A stretch of 45,310 nucleotides of DNA from a virus (IMGVR_UViG_3300014613_000009:1-45310), one strand, 5' to 3'. Positions 26,978 through 36,031 are shown, counted from the first letter of the stretch. Notes: generated by a model not told the origin, from the sequence alone. Translations and numbers: made by a program.

Positions 26978-27940
26978 TTATTGACATTCGACGCACAAAA
27001 TTCTGTCCTCATCCATTCTCATTGCGCCCATATTCATATAGACGTAAACCTGTTGAGAGTAGGATTTGTCGACTCTCGTCGACATTTCGACGGTGACATC
27101 GTTCTGAACGCCTAAAATTATCCCGTCCTGCGCCCATGCCCAGCACTTATAGACGTTGGTATTGGCGTCAACATCGTTGCTTGTTCCCACGACCACCTTG
27201 TTGGACAGAATCCAGTTTATGCCGTGCCAGTTCTTTATTAACTGGCCTGTGGCAAGAGGTTTCTGGCCGTTGTAATCTATGCTGGTATATTCCTCCTGAC
27301 CGAACAAGTCCGTCCTCTGTGCGGGATTGATGGCACAAAATATGGGAGTCTGCTCATCCACTTCGTTTTTGGCGAAGTATTCGAGTATCAACTCCGCTTT
27401 TTCCACCGTCATTTTCGTATCGGAAGCTGAACAGTTCCCGATTGAGCAGTCGTGCGGAATCGTCCTGCCGCCGGAAGTCCTCGTATATTTGACGTTACCG
27501 GACTGTCCGGCCCACGTAATCGAGCCGCTGTTGGGATGCCTGCCGGAGGCGATTGTGGCGTTGAAGGACGCAAGAATTATGTCGTCCTTCTTGCGATTGA
27601 CCGCAGCGCGAAACGCGCGCACAAAATCGCTCGTCGGGTCAACAATCATCGACAAATCATCGTCCTTGTCGAAAAGGACTGCATTGTGATAGGGTGTGGT
27701 CGATACCCAGCGCCTTTGGGTGGACGGGTCTATCGTGGGAGTATCGACGTTCCGTCCCGTTTTTTCCTCAAGGACAAGTATGTCCATCATATCAAATGCC
27801 TTGTCCTCGGCGTTAAGAAGGGGCTCTACCCGAACCGCCTGACCAAAAAGGGACTCTCTCTGCTGACAGACGTGGTATAGAGTGTCCTTGAACTGGTCGA
27901 CGAAATATTCAGGAAGCCCCGCTGATAATGTTATGCTCAT
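26978..27940 (-). CDS. Major capsid protein
   Basis: FVDQF, DTPTIDPSTQRRW, AVNRKKDDIIL, MGAMRMDEDRI; follows the scaffold gene; start set at MSITL with GAAAGGA RBS. Confidence 0.9.
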   Translation of the reverse strand: MSITLSAGLPEYFVDQFKDTLYHVCQQRESLFGQAVRVEPLLNAEDKAFDMMDILVLEEKTGRNVDTPTIDPSTQRRWVSTTPYHNAVLFDKDDDLSMIVDPTSDFVRAFRAAVNRKKDDIILASFNATIASGRHPNSGSITWAGQSGNVKYTRTSGGRTIPHDCSIGNCSASDTKMTVEKAELILEYFAKNEVDEQTPIFCAINPAQRTDLFGQEEYTSIDYNGQKPLATGQLIKNWHGINWILSNKVVVGTSNDVDANTNVYKCWAWAQDGIILGVQNDVTVEMSTRVDKSYSQQVYVYMNMGAMRMDEDRILCVECQ

Positions 27941-28091
27941 TTTTGGTTTCCTTTCCAAAATAGTCTAATGTTCATTGTTCGTAGTTCATCGACGAACTCG
28001 CAACTCTCTTCGGAAAGGTTGTCCTTATCGGGGCTTCCCTTGCGTTTATCGTCCGCCTCGACGGCGTCCCTTTGACGTTAGCGGCAGGGCG

Positions 28092-28985
28092 CTATGGTTT
28101 AGCGGTTTTCTGCAATTCTGTTTTTTGTTTGTATAGTTTGGATAACTCATCCATCACGTATTTATGGTCTGGATGATTTCTCTGCATATAAGCAGGGTTC
28201 TGTTTAAACTCACTTATTTTCCTGTCTATGTCGGACATCGTCTCTGAAGGGGCTGGTTCAATGTCGGTTATGACGCCGTGCTCCTTGAATTTGCCCGCTA
28301 TGTCCGCCAGAAACTCCGCCGTTATCGGGTCGTTGCCGATTTTCTCAAGGAGCTTCTGTTTCTGCTCGTCGGATTTGACGTTCTCCTGAATCATCCTGTT
28401 GGCTAAATGGAGCTTTGCATCGTAGTCAACGCCCCATTTCTTTCTCAAGACCGTCTCGGCCTCGGATTTCTCCCTGTTTTCCATATCGGCCATCGCCTTT
28501 ATTCCGGCAAGCATTCTCTTGTTATCGAACTCCATCAGGGCATTGACCTCTTTTTTATTAAAGCCGAGCTTGTGAAAGAAACTCTTTGCCTCTTTCGTTA
28601 ATTCATCATCCCAAAATTCATCCGGCAAATCCTTTGGTTTTTCAATGACGTATTCGTCCGGCGTGTCAGGCCTGCCTTTTGCCCTGAAAAAATCGTCCCA
28701 TATTTCGGGCGGCGAAGTCTCGGTCGGCAGGGCTACTTTATCCATCGGAACTTGCTTGCGGACGTGGACGTAACTCTGCGCCAAGTCGTCGAGATTCTTG
28801 AATCTCGGCAAGGTCTCGTCTTTGTGAAGCGCCTCATTCTTTAGTTTCGTGTGCCAGTTCTCAATGAAAGTGCCGTCGGCGTTGACGATACTTTCGACCT
28901 TCGGCTCGCCTGAGGCCGGAGGCGATACTGGGACTCCAGTTGTCCCCGTTGCGGGGGGTGAAGGTTGTCCAGTTGGTTCAGCCAT
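28092..28985 (-). CDS. Capsid scaffolding protein
   Basis: Pro-rich N-terminus; FKNLDDLAQSY, GRPDTPDEY, LRKKWG, HPDHK motifs. Confidence 0.85.
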   Translation of the reverse strand: MAEPTGQPSPPATGTTGVPVSPPASGEPKVESIVNADGTFIENWHTKLKNEALHKDETLPRFKNLDDLAQSYVHVRKQVPMDKVALPTETSPPEIWDDFFRAKGRPDTPDEYVIEKPKDLPDEFWDDELTKEAKSFFHKLGFNKKEVNALMEFDNKRMLAGIKAMADMENREKSEAETVLRKKWGVDYDAKLHLANRMIQENVKSDEQKQKLLEKIGNDPITAEFLADIAGKFKEHGVITDIEPAPSETMSDIDRKISEFKQNPAYMQRNHPDHKYVMDELSKLYKQKTELQKTAKP

Positions 28986-28999
28986 TTTCTTTCCTTTCG

Positions 29000-29254
29000 T
29001 TAGTTAATTGTTATTGTTTGTCTTTTTTCTTTTATTTGCGTTTTCCTGATTATATGGACTACAACGGCTCTTTTGCCCTCGTTGCGCATAACGTCGTAAA
29101 TGTCCGTGTGGCCGTCGTTTCCCACCGGACAGACCGACAAATCGTAGTTGCTCAACCTGCGCAGGTCTTCGAGTATTAACTGGCCGTCATCAGAGTTAAA
29201 CACACTCCAATAGGCCTTGTTAAGCCGTTCTTGTTTTTCTTCTACATCTGTCAT
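29000..29254 (-). CDS. Bbp19-like head-module protein
   Basis: Y..VFNS.DGQLILEDL...NEGKRAVV between portal and scaffold. Confidence 0.75.
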   Translation of the reverse strand: MTDVEEKQERLNKAYWSVFNSDDGQLILEDLRRLSNYDLSVCPVGNDGHTDIYDVMRNEGKRAVVVHIIRKTQIKEKRQTITIN

Positions 29255-29481
29255 TTCTTCTTTTTTCTTACTTTCGCTCGGTTTGCGAGGACATATTTAC
29301 TTTTTGCAGTTCGCCAATATGCCTTTCCGGCAACGGCCTCCGGATTAGTTGCGCCGGCGGCAGCGGCTTTTCTTTTAATTGCCTCAAAAGTCGATGGTCT
29401 CATTATCTTGCCACGTTTTTGCCTGCTGCGCCAGGCGAGCATTCCTTTGCCTTTCCTCGGTTTTGGTTTTCCTCGCGCCAT
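29251..29481 (-). CDS. Small highly basic protein
   Basis: MARGKPKPRKGKG...; AAGGA RBS supports a start at 29481. Confidence 0.7.
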   Translation of the reverse strand: MARGKPKPRKGKGMLAWRSRQKRGKIMRPSTFEAIKRKAAAAGATNPEAVAGKAYWRTAKSKYVLANRAKVRKKKK

Positions 29482-29485
29482 AATT

Positions 29486-29620
29486 TTATCCTTCTTTTTT
29501 AGGTTTCCATCCGGTCTTCCGCATTGTCCCGTATATGAAAGCCCTCGCCCTTCTGCTCGTAATAGAGCCAAATCTTTTTCTCGCCTGAGCTTTTAATTTT
29601 CTTTCAAGTGCTTTAGGCAT
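29486..29620 (-). CDS. Small highly basic protein (44 aa, not in ORF track)
   Basis: MPKALERKLKAQARKRFG...IYGTMRKTGWKPKKEG; GGAG RBS. Confidence 0.7.
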   Translation of the reverse strand: MPKALERKLKAQARKRFGSITSRRARAFIYGTMRKTGWKPKKEG

Positions 29621-29622
29621 AA

Positions 29623-31251
29623 TTACACTCCCGTCAAACTTTCAGCCAGAGAGCCGCTTTCTGGGGCTTTTGAGGTTTTTTGATAACCTTCGGCCATCGT
29701 TTTGGCCGCTTCTGTCGCCATTTGAGCGGCGGCAAGCTGCGCCCTTTCCTGACGAACGGCGTCTATTTCCTCTTTGGTGGACAGGTGCTCCGCCTTCACG
29801 CCGAACGACGTCGCTATGTCCGGCATCGCACGGTCGATATTCACTACGTCCTTTGCGCCGGGGAACACGGGGTCGAGATTGGCCGTCAGCATCGCAAACT
29901 GCTGGAACGCCCTCGCCTGCTGGTCTCGCATCGCCAGAGCCAGCTCGCCCAAAAATTCTATCCCGAACCGCTGACCCTGAAGCTCCGCAGGGGGCGGCGG
30001 TATCCTGCCGTTGCGAATGAGCAGTAAAACGCTTCTCGTAATCACTGGAGAAAAAAGCTCGCTCTGCAACCTGTAAACCGGCAGAGCCAGCTTCTTCATC
30101 GCCTGCTTCACCCTCTCCATAATCTCAAGTGTCGTGCGCCTGTCGCCCGTGAGATTGGCCAGGGGAGCAAAGACATCCGTGAAAAACGCCCTGTGAACTA
30201 TCTCCTGCTGCATCGCTATAATCTTCTCCGTAATGGGGAAATTACCCAACAACTGCTGCTCAAGGGCGCGAATAGTCCCTTTTTCCTGAACGATATTGAC
30301 GGCGCCCGGAGTGACCCTGACAGTCCCGTCGAAATGCTGCAAGACCTCGCGGGGCGGGTCGTTGTGCTTCTGCCCGCATTCGACAAGGTCTTTGTGCATC
30401 TGCTGAAGTTCTTTCACCGCCGAAAGAGCCACCGTGCCCTGTCCCCTGCCGTATTTCTCGCTGGAGGTCTTCTGCCACCTCGGAACGGCAAAGGGCATCT
30501 CCTCAAAACCGCCTTCGTTTATGACAATTTTCTCTTTGGCGTTGACGTAAACGCTTTCAAAGGGATAATTAAGATTATCGCACAGCATCACGTTTCTTTC
30601 GATTCTCGGACGGACTACGTGAATGAACGGAAACTTCTCTGACTCCGTGCGCAATTCGCCCGCCTTCTCTAATACCATTGGCCCCGGACTGGCGAACTTT
30701 TCGACCGCCTGCCTCGCGGAAAACACGAATTTCAAAATTACCGTATCCACCATGCCAAGCGAATTTTCCTTGATTGTGTATAAGGCAACGTCCCAGTCCC
30801 TGAAATTCAGGCCGAGCAGCTTGTCGTCCCATTCGCTGTAAAGATTGCCCGTCCCGAAACCCACCAGAGAGCATAAGGTCTCATTTAGTTGGAGCATGAA
30901 ATTGCTGTCATATAGCTCATCATGGGCAATCTGGGTCGCAAGTGAAAGCCATCTTTTGACGGCGTCCCGCTCCGCCAGAGACCTGTTTCTGACCGTAATC
31001 CCGAACGCCTGCCTGCCGGGGGGAAAGAAAGCATTGGACAGTCCCGATACCATATCCTGCAAGTCCAGCATTGCCGTAGGGTCGTAAATGTCCCTCGACT
31101 TATCCATACCGGGCGCGGTCTTCGTGGTTATCTGGTTCTCGCGGGGGAACATCAAATTGGCAACCTGCTGGTATAAATTCCTGAAATTAGAGGCCTTGGA
31201 CTCCTCTTCCTCGGCCATTCGTATTATCTCTATGGCTCTTTTGTCTTCCAT
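29623..31251 (-). CDS. Portal protein (head-tail connector, T7 gp8/BPP-1-like)
   Basis: IYDPTA, LYDSNF, FGTG, PFAVPRW...EKYGRG, TTLEIMER motifs. Confidence 0.93.
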   Translation of the reverse strand: MEDKRAIEIIRMAEEEESKASNFRNLYQQVANLMFPRENQITTKTAPGMDKSRDIYDPTAMLDLQDMVSGLSNAFFPPGRQAFGITVRNRSLAERDAVKRWLSLATQIAHDELYDSNFMLQLNETLCSLVGFGTGNLYSEWDDKLLGLNFRDWDVALYTIKENSLGMVDTVILKFVFSARQAVEKFASPGPMVLEKAGELRTESEKFPFIHVVRPRIERNVMLCDNLNYPFESVYVNAKEKIVINEGGFEEMPFAVPRWQKTSSEKYGRGQGTVALSAVKELQQMHKDLVECGQKHNDPPREVLQHFDGTVRVTPGAVNIVQEKGTIRALEQQLLGNFPITEKIIAMQQEIVHRAFFTDVFAPLANLTGDRRTTLEIMERVKQAMKKLALPVYRLQSELFSPVITRSVLLLIRNGRIPPPPAELQGQRFGIEFLGELALAMRDQQARAFQQFAMLTANLDPVFPGAKDVVNIDRAMPDIATSFGVKAEHLSTKEEIDAVRQERAQLAAAQMATEAAKTMAEGYQKTSKAPESGSLAESLTGV

Positions 31252-31259
31252 CGCTTATA

Positions 31260-31451
31260 TTAACCCAATAAAGTCTTTTTGCCGCTTGGTTTCGGGGCTA
31301 ATGAGCCGGTGACCACCGTGCTCATATAACCCTTTCGCTTTCGAGCCATCTTCGCCGCATAGTCGCCCGTTTCCGCTCCGACCTCCGGTATCGGGGTCGG
31401 GGGAGGCGGCTGAGGCGTCTTGGGTTTCGGAGCTCCAAATAATCCGCCCAT
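31260..31451 (-). CDS. Small Pro-rich virion protein preceding the portal
   Basis: MGGLFG.PKP...RKG..ST...KTLLG pattern. Confidence 0.75.
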   Translation of the reverse strand: MGGLFGAPKPKTPQPPPPTPIPEVGAETGDYAAKMARKRKGYMSTVVTGSLAPKPSGKKTLLG

Positions 31452-31464
31452 AATCTTTTCTCCT

Positions 31465-31513
31465 AAAAAAAATGCCCCAGCGAGACCATAACCTTTCGGC
31501 CTCTACCGGGGCT
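31465..31513 (-). terminator. Terminator/attenuator-like branched hairpin
   Basis: GCCCCGG...CTGGGGC followed by T8, just before the RBS of the pre-portal gene. Confidence 0.6.
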
Positions 31514-31540
31514 GTATTCCAAGTTGTCCCAGATTTCTAT

Positions 31541-31726
31541 TTAGTTTTTAATCGGCTCTCTCTGCCTCACTAAATAATGAATGTCCACTTCGCCAACGGG
31601 CGAAAAGTGTATCTCTATCGTTATTGAAGCGCTCTTCAAATTGCCTTCCTTTGTCCTGATTCGATTCAATATATCACCAATCTTTTCCGTCAGCAAGTCA
31701 ATGTCCATATAATCAAATCCTCGCAT
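31541..31726 (-). CDS. Small hypothetical protein (DUF2292-like size and pattern; start probably 31708)
   Basis: Helix followed by beta-hairpin pattern ASITIEIHF...GEV. Confidence 0.5.
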   Translation of the reverse strand: MRGFDYMDIDLLTEKIGDILNRIRTKEGNLKSASITIEIHFSPVGEVDIHYLVRQREPIKN

Positions 31727-33341
31727 AATTATTATCGGTCACAAGCTGCCTTTGGGGAGTCGTGAAACTCTTTGCGCTCACTATCCGACCGCCGGAAGCA
31801 GCCAAATAAAAATAGTTCAACGCGTTGCGATAATGCTCGTCGCCCAGCTTCCTGTATCTGTAAACCGAATCGCCCGTCCTCTTGTTCATCTCCAGAACCT
31901 TCGCCGTGGCGCAAACCTGCTTCGCAAACTCCTTAATCTCAGGACATTCCCTCGGTATGCTCAGCCGGTGCTCGGATATGAGACGGTGGGTCGTGTCGAA
32001 TATCCCCGTCCGATACGCCCTGACCAGCATCGTCTTGTTGTCCCACACGGACTCCTGAGTCGGGTTCTCCGTGTATTCACAAAGAAATATCCTGTATGGC
32101 TCGGACTTCTGGAACATCCGGGCAGCAGACTCGTAAGGCCTTATGTCTATCACGGCGCTGTTGACGTTAAACTTCCGGGCAAGGTCGTGAATGTCCGGCC
32201 AGTCGCCCACGCAGGCGACCTTTAACAACTCAAACCTGTCCCTGCCCGTCCTTATGCCTATAATAACGTGGTAACCGTGCTTGCCAACGTCAACCCCCAT
32301 AGCGGTCGCCTGACCGCTCGACGTCGCCATTAAATCCCGATTGCAGCACTCCAAAACCTGCGAAATCTCTAATTTGTCCTCCTGCGATACGTGCGCCAAT
32401 CCCAGCCTCAGCCGGTAAACATCGTCCAGATTGCCCTTCGGCGGATTGGTGTAATTCTCCAGTATCTCCGCAGGGTCGTTGAACGAACTGGTCAAATGAC
32501 TCCACTGATAACCCTCCATATCATTCGACCTGTCAGGATAAGCCGGAACCCACTCGCCAATAGTCCGCTCCGTCACCTCCCGACCACACTTCATACACCG
32601 GACATATCCCGTCCCATCATCCCTGACCGCCACGCAATCGGGAAACGTCTCCAGCGCATTCACCCAATTACCGCAGGGACAGCGATGAAGATAACTACGC
32701 TGGTCAGACTCGTTCCATACCGCATCTATCCCGTAATCCGGCAAAGTGGGATTCGATATGTAAACCTCACGCTTCACCGTAGAATGACCCATCCGACCCA
32801 ACGCCTTCGTCCTCACGTCCTCCGCCATCAAATCCAACTCGTCAAACTTCACGCAATCCACCTGAATACTACGCAACTTGGCGCTCTCCTTCGCACTAAA
32901 TCCCTCGCCAACACGCTGAGTCAAAGTCGCACCCCTTAAATATAAAAAACTGTCCCCTATCCGCTTCAAACTCGCCATGTCAGTAGAACGAATAAAACTG
33001 CCTATCGCCCGACGATTCGCCGATATCAACGGATTAAAACGACTCTTCGAAAACTCCAACATGTCATCGTTCGTCGGAAATAAATATAATACCCCCTGAG
33101 GATAACGACCATACCGCATCCCATGTATCGAATCCAATATCTCTATCTCGCTAAACCCACCACCAGTCGCCTTCTTGTAACACTTACGCCTCGCCTTACT
33201 CATCATCGGGCCAAGCTGATACTCGTGCTTAATACCCGTAAATAAACCACTCTGCAACTTCAATGCACTTAAATTGCACCAATACCAACAATCCCTGCTC
33301 GCTACGTCCTGCGGACTTAATTTAATCTCTGTGCTATCCAT
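31713..33341 (-). CDS. Terminase large subunit, lambda gpA-like
   Basis: KATGGGFSE, YLFPT, FDELD, ISNPT, CPCG...CMKCG, nuclease MGVDVG, EHYRNALNY. Confidence 0.9.
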   Translation of the reverse strand: MDSTEIKLSPQDVASRDCWYWCNLSALKLQSGLFTGIKHEYQLGPMMSKARRKCYKKATGGGFSEIEILDSIHGMRYGRYPQGVLYLFPTNDDMLEFSKSRFNPLISANRRAIGSFIRSTDMASLKRIGDSFLYLRGATLTQRVGEGFSAKESAKLRSIQVDCVKFDELDLMAEDVRTKALGRMGHSTVKREVYISNPTLPDYGIDAVWNESDQRSYLHRCPCGNWVNALETFPDCVAVRDDGTGYVRCMKCGREVTERTIGEWVPAYPDRSNDMEGYQWSHLTSSFNDPAEILENYTNPPKGNLDDVYRLRLGLAHVSQEDKLEISQVLECCNRDLMATSSGQATAMGVDVGKHGYHVIIGIRTGRDRFELLKVACVGDWPDIHDLARKFNVNSAVIDIRPYESAARMFQKSEPYRIFLCEYTENPTQESVWDNKTMLVRAYRTGIFDTTHRLISEHRLSIPRECPEIKEFAKQVCATAKVLEMNKRTGDSVYRYRKLGDEHYRNALNYFYLAASGGRIVSAKSFTTPQRQLVTDNNYARI

Positions 33342-33528
33342 CTAAATCCAACTCACAAGCAAAAAACCACGCCGATACCGAATTGCCGTCAGGAGAAAAC
33401 CAGTTCACGTTATATCTGCATCCACCATCAGCGTAAGTCTGAATCGATACTATCTGACCACGCTGCGATGGATTCAATACAAACCGAACCATCTGACCCA
33501 ACTGAAACCTAACCTGCTCTATCTCCAT
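33334..33528 (-). CDS. Small SH3-like hypothetical protein
   Basis: FQLGQMVR...G.IV...Y.V.WF...WF...EL pattern. Confidence 0.6.
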   Translation of the reverse strand: MEIEQVRFQLGQMVRFVLNPSQRGQIVSIQTYADGGCRYNVNWFSPDGNSVSAWFFACELDLDG

Positions 33529-33636
33529 TGTGCATAACCTGTGGATAACTATAAAATCTTATCTATCTTAACATCCACAAAGCCAGTTGTATGGCGAGGG
33601 CGATAATACGATTTTGGCCGGCGGCGCCTTGGGGGC

Positions 33637-33777
33637 TTACCCCCTCTTTTTTTTGCCCTTTTTCGTTTTTTTCGCTGAAACTGGAGTTTCGACCGTCGGA
33701 GGTGCTATTACCTCTGGCTTCAGTATCTCTTTGACCGGCTCAACTGGCTTGCCCTTTAGTCTGTCAAGTAAGGTCAT
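33637..33777 (-). CDS. Small Lys/Pro-rich protein (46 aa)
   Basis: AAGGAG RBS; MTLLDRLKGKPVEPVKE...KKGKKKRG. Confidence 0.5.
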   Translation of the reverse strand: MTLLDRLKGKPVEPVKEILKPEVIAPPTVETPVSAKKTKKGKKKRG

Positions 33778-33851
33778 TTATGCTACTCCTTTCTCTCCCC
33801 ACGCACATGGCCCGCAACAGACAAGTCTATCGTCTATCTTGTCGCCGCCAT

Positions 33852-34286
33852 TTATCCTGCCTTCGTTAAGTTCTGCTCTAATAAGTGCTTACGATTCAAT
33901 TCAACGGCTATTTCCTCCGCCGCTTGTACCTCCCGCTCGTCCAACTCTCGCTGCTTCTGAAGGTCATTAGTGTTGAGATTCTCCGTAAAATCAGCTTCAG
34001 ACTTACCAAACAACTCACTTGCCTTCAATCTATAGACCATCGGCAAACTTGTATCCTTCATTGTTTTGGCCCAAAAACGCTGTCTTTCTTCTCTCGTTGT
34101 GGTATTTTCCGCTTTTATTTGTTCTAATCGTTTATTTATCGCGGTGGCTATGTAAGTATTTGTTAGTAGATTATGGGCTGTTTGCCTTAGGCCTTTAGGT
34201 GAATAACCTGCTTTTAATGCTGCTTGAGTAGCGTTTTGTCCGTTTGTGCAGTAGTTTTCGATAAATGTTATTTGTTTACCCGTCAT
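33852..34286 (-). CDS. Terminase small subunit
   Basis: KQ..F...Y...NATQAALKAGYS...A..LL and RLKASELFGK motifs. Confidence 0.92.
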   Translation of the reverse strand: MTGKQITFIENYCTNGQNATQAALKAGYSPKGLRQTAHNLLTNTYIATAINKRLEQIKAENTTTREERQRFWAKTMKDTSLPMVYRLKASELFGKSEADFTENLNTNDLQKQRELDEREVQAAEEIAVELNRKHLLEQNLTKAG

Positions 34287-34296
34287 TTTGAGTTAA

Positions 34297-34428
34297 TTAC
34301 CCAAGAAGATAGTTTTTAAGTCCGGTTCCTCTTGGCGGCAGTTTTGACGTTCCATGTAATCTTTTGTGCCTTGCACGCCTTTGGGCATTGGTTCTTGGCT
34401 TTCCGTAACGTCTTTTACCTGCTGCCAT
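34297..34428 (-). CDS. Small Arg/Lys-rich protein (43 aa)
   Basis: MAAGKRRYGKPRTNAQRRARHKRLHG... Confidence 0.5.
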   Translation of the reverse strand: MAAGKRRYGKPRTNAQRRARHKRLHGTSKLPPRGTGLKNYLLG

Positions 34429-34562
34429 AGTAGATTATTCGATTAAAAACACACTTTCTTTATTTTTTTACTAAAAACGCCGATTTAATTATTGCATAGT
34501 ATTGCATATAATCGACGAACTCGCTCTTAACCATACCAAACTACCCCTTTTTGCAATCTTGC

Positions 34563-34916
34563 CTATTTTACGGATTCAGCTTTAATTGAGCATAAATGCT
34601 GCAAATTAGTTTCGTCCATTGATTCTACTGTTTCGTGGTAATATTCGCAGCCGTTAGGCAAATAGTCAATGCAACTGCCTGTTATTTTATGTAAACACTT
34701 ATCACAATTAAACTTAAGATTAAATTTCTCCATTATTTTTATGGATTTTTTCCTTCTTTTTTGGGCTTTAACCTTATTATGATTTTTTATAAAGCAATCA
34801 TAGCAGTATTTATACTGATTATCTATTCGTTTACCACATACCAAACAGTTTCCTTTAAGATTGCCTTTGGTAAATGGTAGATACTTTAGATTGGTTATTT
34901 TTGTTGTTACTCTCAT
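34563..34916 (-). CDS. Zinc-finger-like basic protein
   Basis: CLVC...CYDC and CDKC...C...C motifs. Confidence 0.6.
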   Translation of the reverse strand: MRVTTKITNLKYLPFTKGNLKGNCLVCGKRIDNQYKYCYDCFIKNHNKVKAQKRRKKSIKIMEKFNLKFNCDKCLHKITGSCIDYLPNGCEYYHETVESMDETNLQHLCSIKAESVK

Positions 34917-35200
34917 ACTGCAGAGGGAGGTAGATTTGAGAGAGCAAGCCCTAACTATTTTAGGGCATTGTTAATACTGCATCGGTCGGTGAGTTCTCGG
35001 TCACAATTAGGCCACGTTTCACCCATTTTTGGGACAGTTAGCTCCAAGCTGTTCGGCCTATCAAAGCTCAAGTCGGTTTAACCGATACTTGGCATTAAGT
35101 AGGGTCGCTTAACGTCTTACTGTTGCCAGTTTTCAATGCCTCTGGCTTTGCAGCTTCCTTGCCCGCAGGCCAGTGCAGGTAGCAGCACTGAAATCAATTA
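34917..35200 (-). ncRNA. Candidate structured leader or ncRNA of the leftward transcript
   Basis: Non-coding and densely paired: TTTCAGTGCT/GGCATTGAAA, CGTTAAG/CTTAATG, TAGGCCG/TGGCCTA, GCCCTAA/TTAGGGC. Confidence 0.45.
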
Positions 35201-35207
35201 TGCTCTA

Positions 35208-35235
35208 AAAATACACTATCATTTTAGAAAGTCAA
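35208..35235 (-). promoter_or_regulatory. Sigma70-like leftward promoter
   Basis: TTGACT-16-TATTTT in the divergent intergenic region. Confidence 0.5.
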
Positions 35236-35338
35236 GCACAAAATTAAATTTTTTTTAGGTTTAATCGTTATAATCGCTAAAATCGGCATATTCAACCAAA
35301 AAAATTTAACAAATTCTATGATTTTGCTCAGATTTTTC

Positions 35339-35368
35339 TTGACGTGGTTATGGTCATTGTGGTAGACT
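35339..35368 (+). promoter_or_regulatory. Sigma70-like early promoter
   Basis: TTGACG-18-TAGACT with AT-rich upstream region. Confidence 0.7.
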
Positions 35369-35377
35369 GGGTATAGT

Positions 35378-35477
35378 TATGAATGATACAACGCTACAAT
35401 TAAACAGTCAAACTAACGCGGCCGGGCTGTCTTTGCACGCCGTGAGCGTTGTCTGTCATAACTGGCGGCCTGGCTGC
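35378..35477 (+). promoter_or_regulatory. Structured leader 1 (A-B-A'-B')
   Basis: ACAACGCT/AGCGTTGT interleaved with the 14-bp stem GCGGCCGGGCTGTC/GGCGGCCTGGCTGC. Confidence 0.6.
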
Positions 35478-35497
35478 TATTTTGGAAGGGTGAAAAG

Positions 35498-35656
35498 ATG
35501 ACAGTCAAAGAATTATATAATGAAGTTTCAAGGTTGGACGATTTTGGTGCAAACCGCAAAATCAAAATCAAAATGAGGCGAGGAAAAAAGATTATTGAAA
35601 AGGAATTAGTTTTGACTGGTTTGTATTCTGACGCAGTAGTATTAGAAACGAAGTAA
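35498..35656 (+). CDS. Early hypothetical protein (52 aa)
   Basis: GAAGGGTG RBS; MTVKELYNEV... Confidence 0.6.
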   Translation: MTVKELYNEVSRLDDFGANRKIKIKMRRGKKIIEKELVLTGLYSDAVVLETK

Positions 35657-35749
35657 CAGACCGCCTATCGGCCAAGGATGGCCTGCAATTATAAGCATTA
35701 AAGCTCTTTGACAAGTTAAGAATGGCTGGCGGAAAGTAAAGGGTGATTT

Positions 35750-36031
35750 ATGGCAAAATATAATCAATTTGCAGGGCGCACTGCCCAAAATTGGTGGGCG
35801 CGCTATAACGAAAGAATTGAAACCGCAAAAAAACAAATTATTGCTCTAAACCAAAAAGGAATTGCGATTACACTTAATCCGCCGCAAAAAATAGGCGGGC
35901 CGGGAGTGCCCGGAAATTGCACGAATCACATTACAGCAACTTTGGCCGGTAAAATTGTAACTCGCAAACAAATACGTAAACTTTGTTTGCAGGCAGGCGT
36001 AAAACTTAATGCTCACTCGCAACCAATTTAA
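35750..36031 (+). CDS. Early hypothetical protein
   Basis: AAGGGTG RBS. Confidence 0.65.
   Translation: MAKYNQFAGRTAQNWWARYNERIETAKKQIIALNQKGIAITLNPPQKIGGPGVPGNCTNHITATLAGKIVTRKQIRKLCLQAGVKLNAHSQPI

Noticed and set aside
8155-33970. Many plus-strand ORFs within the late region, and minus-strand ORFs within early genes
   Set aside because: Antisense shadows of well-supported genes, lacking RBSs and recognisable motifs.
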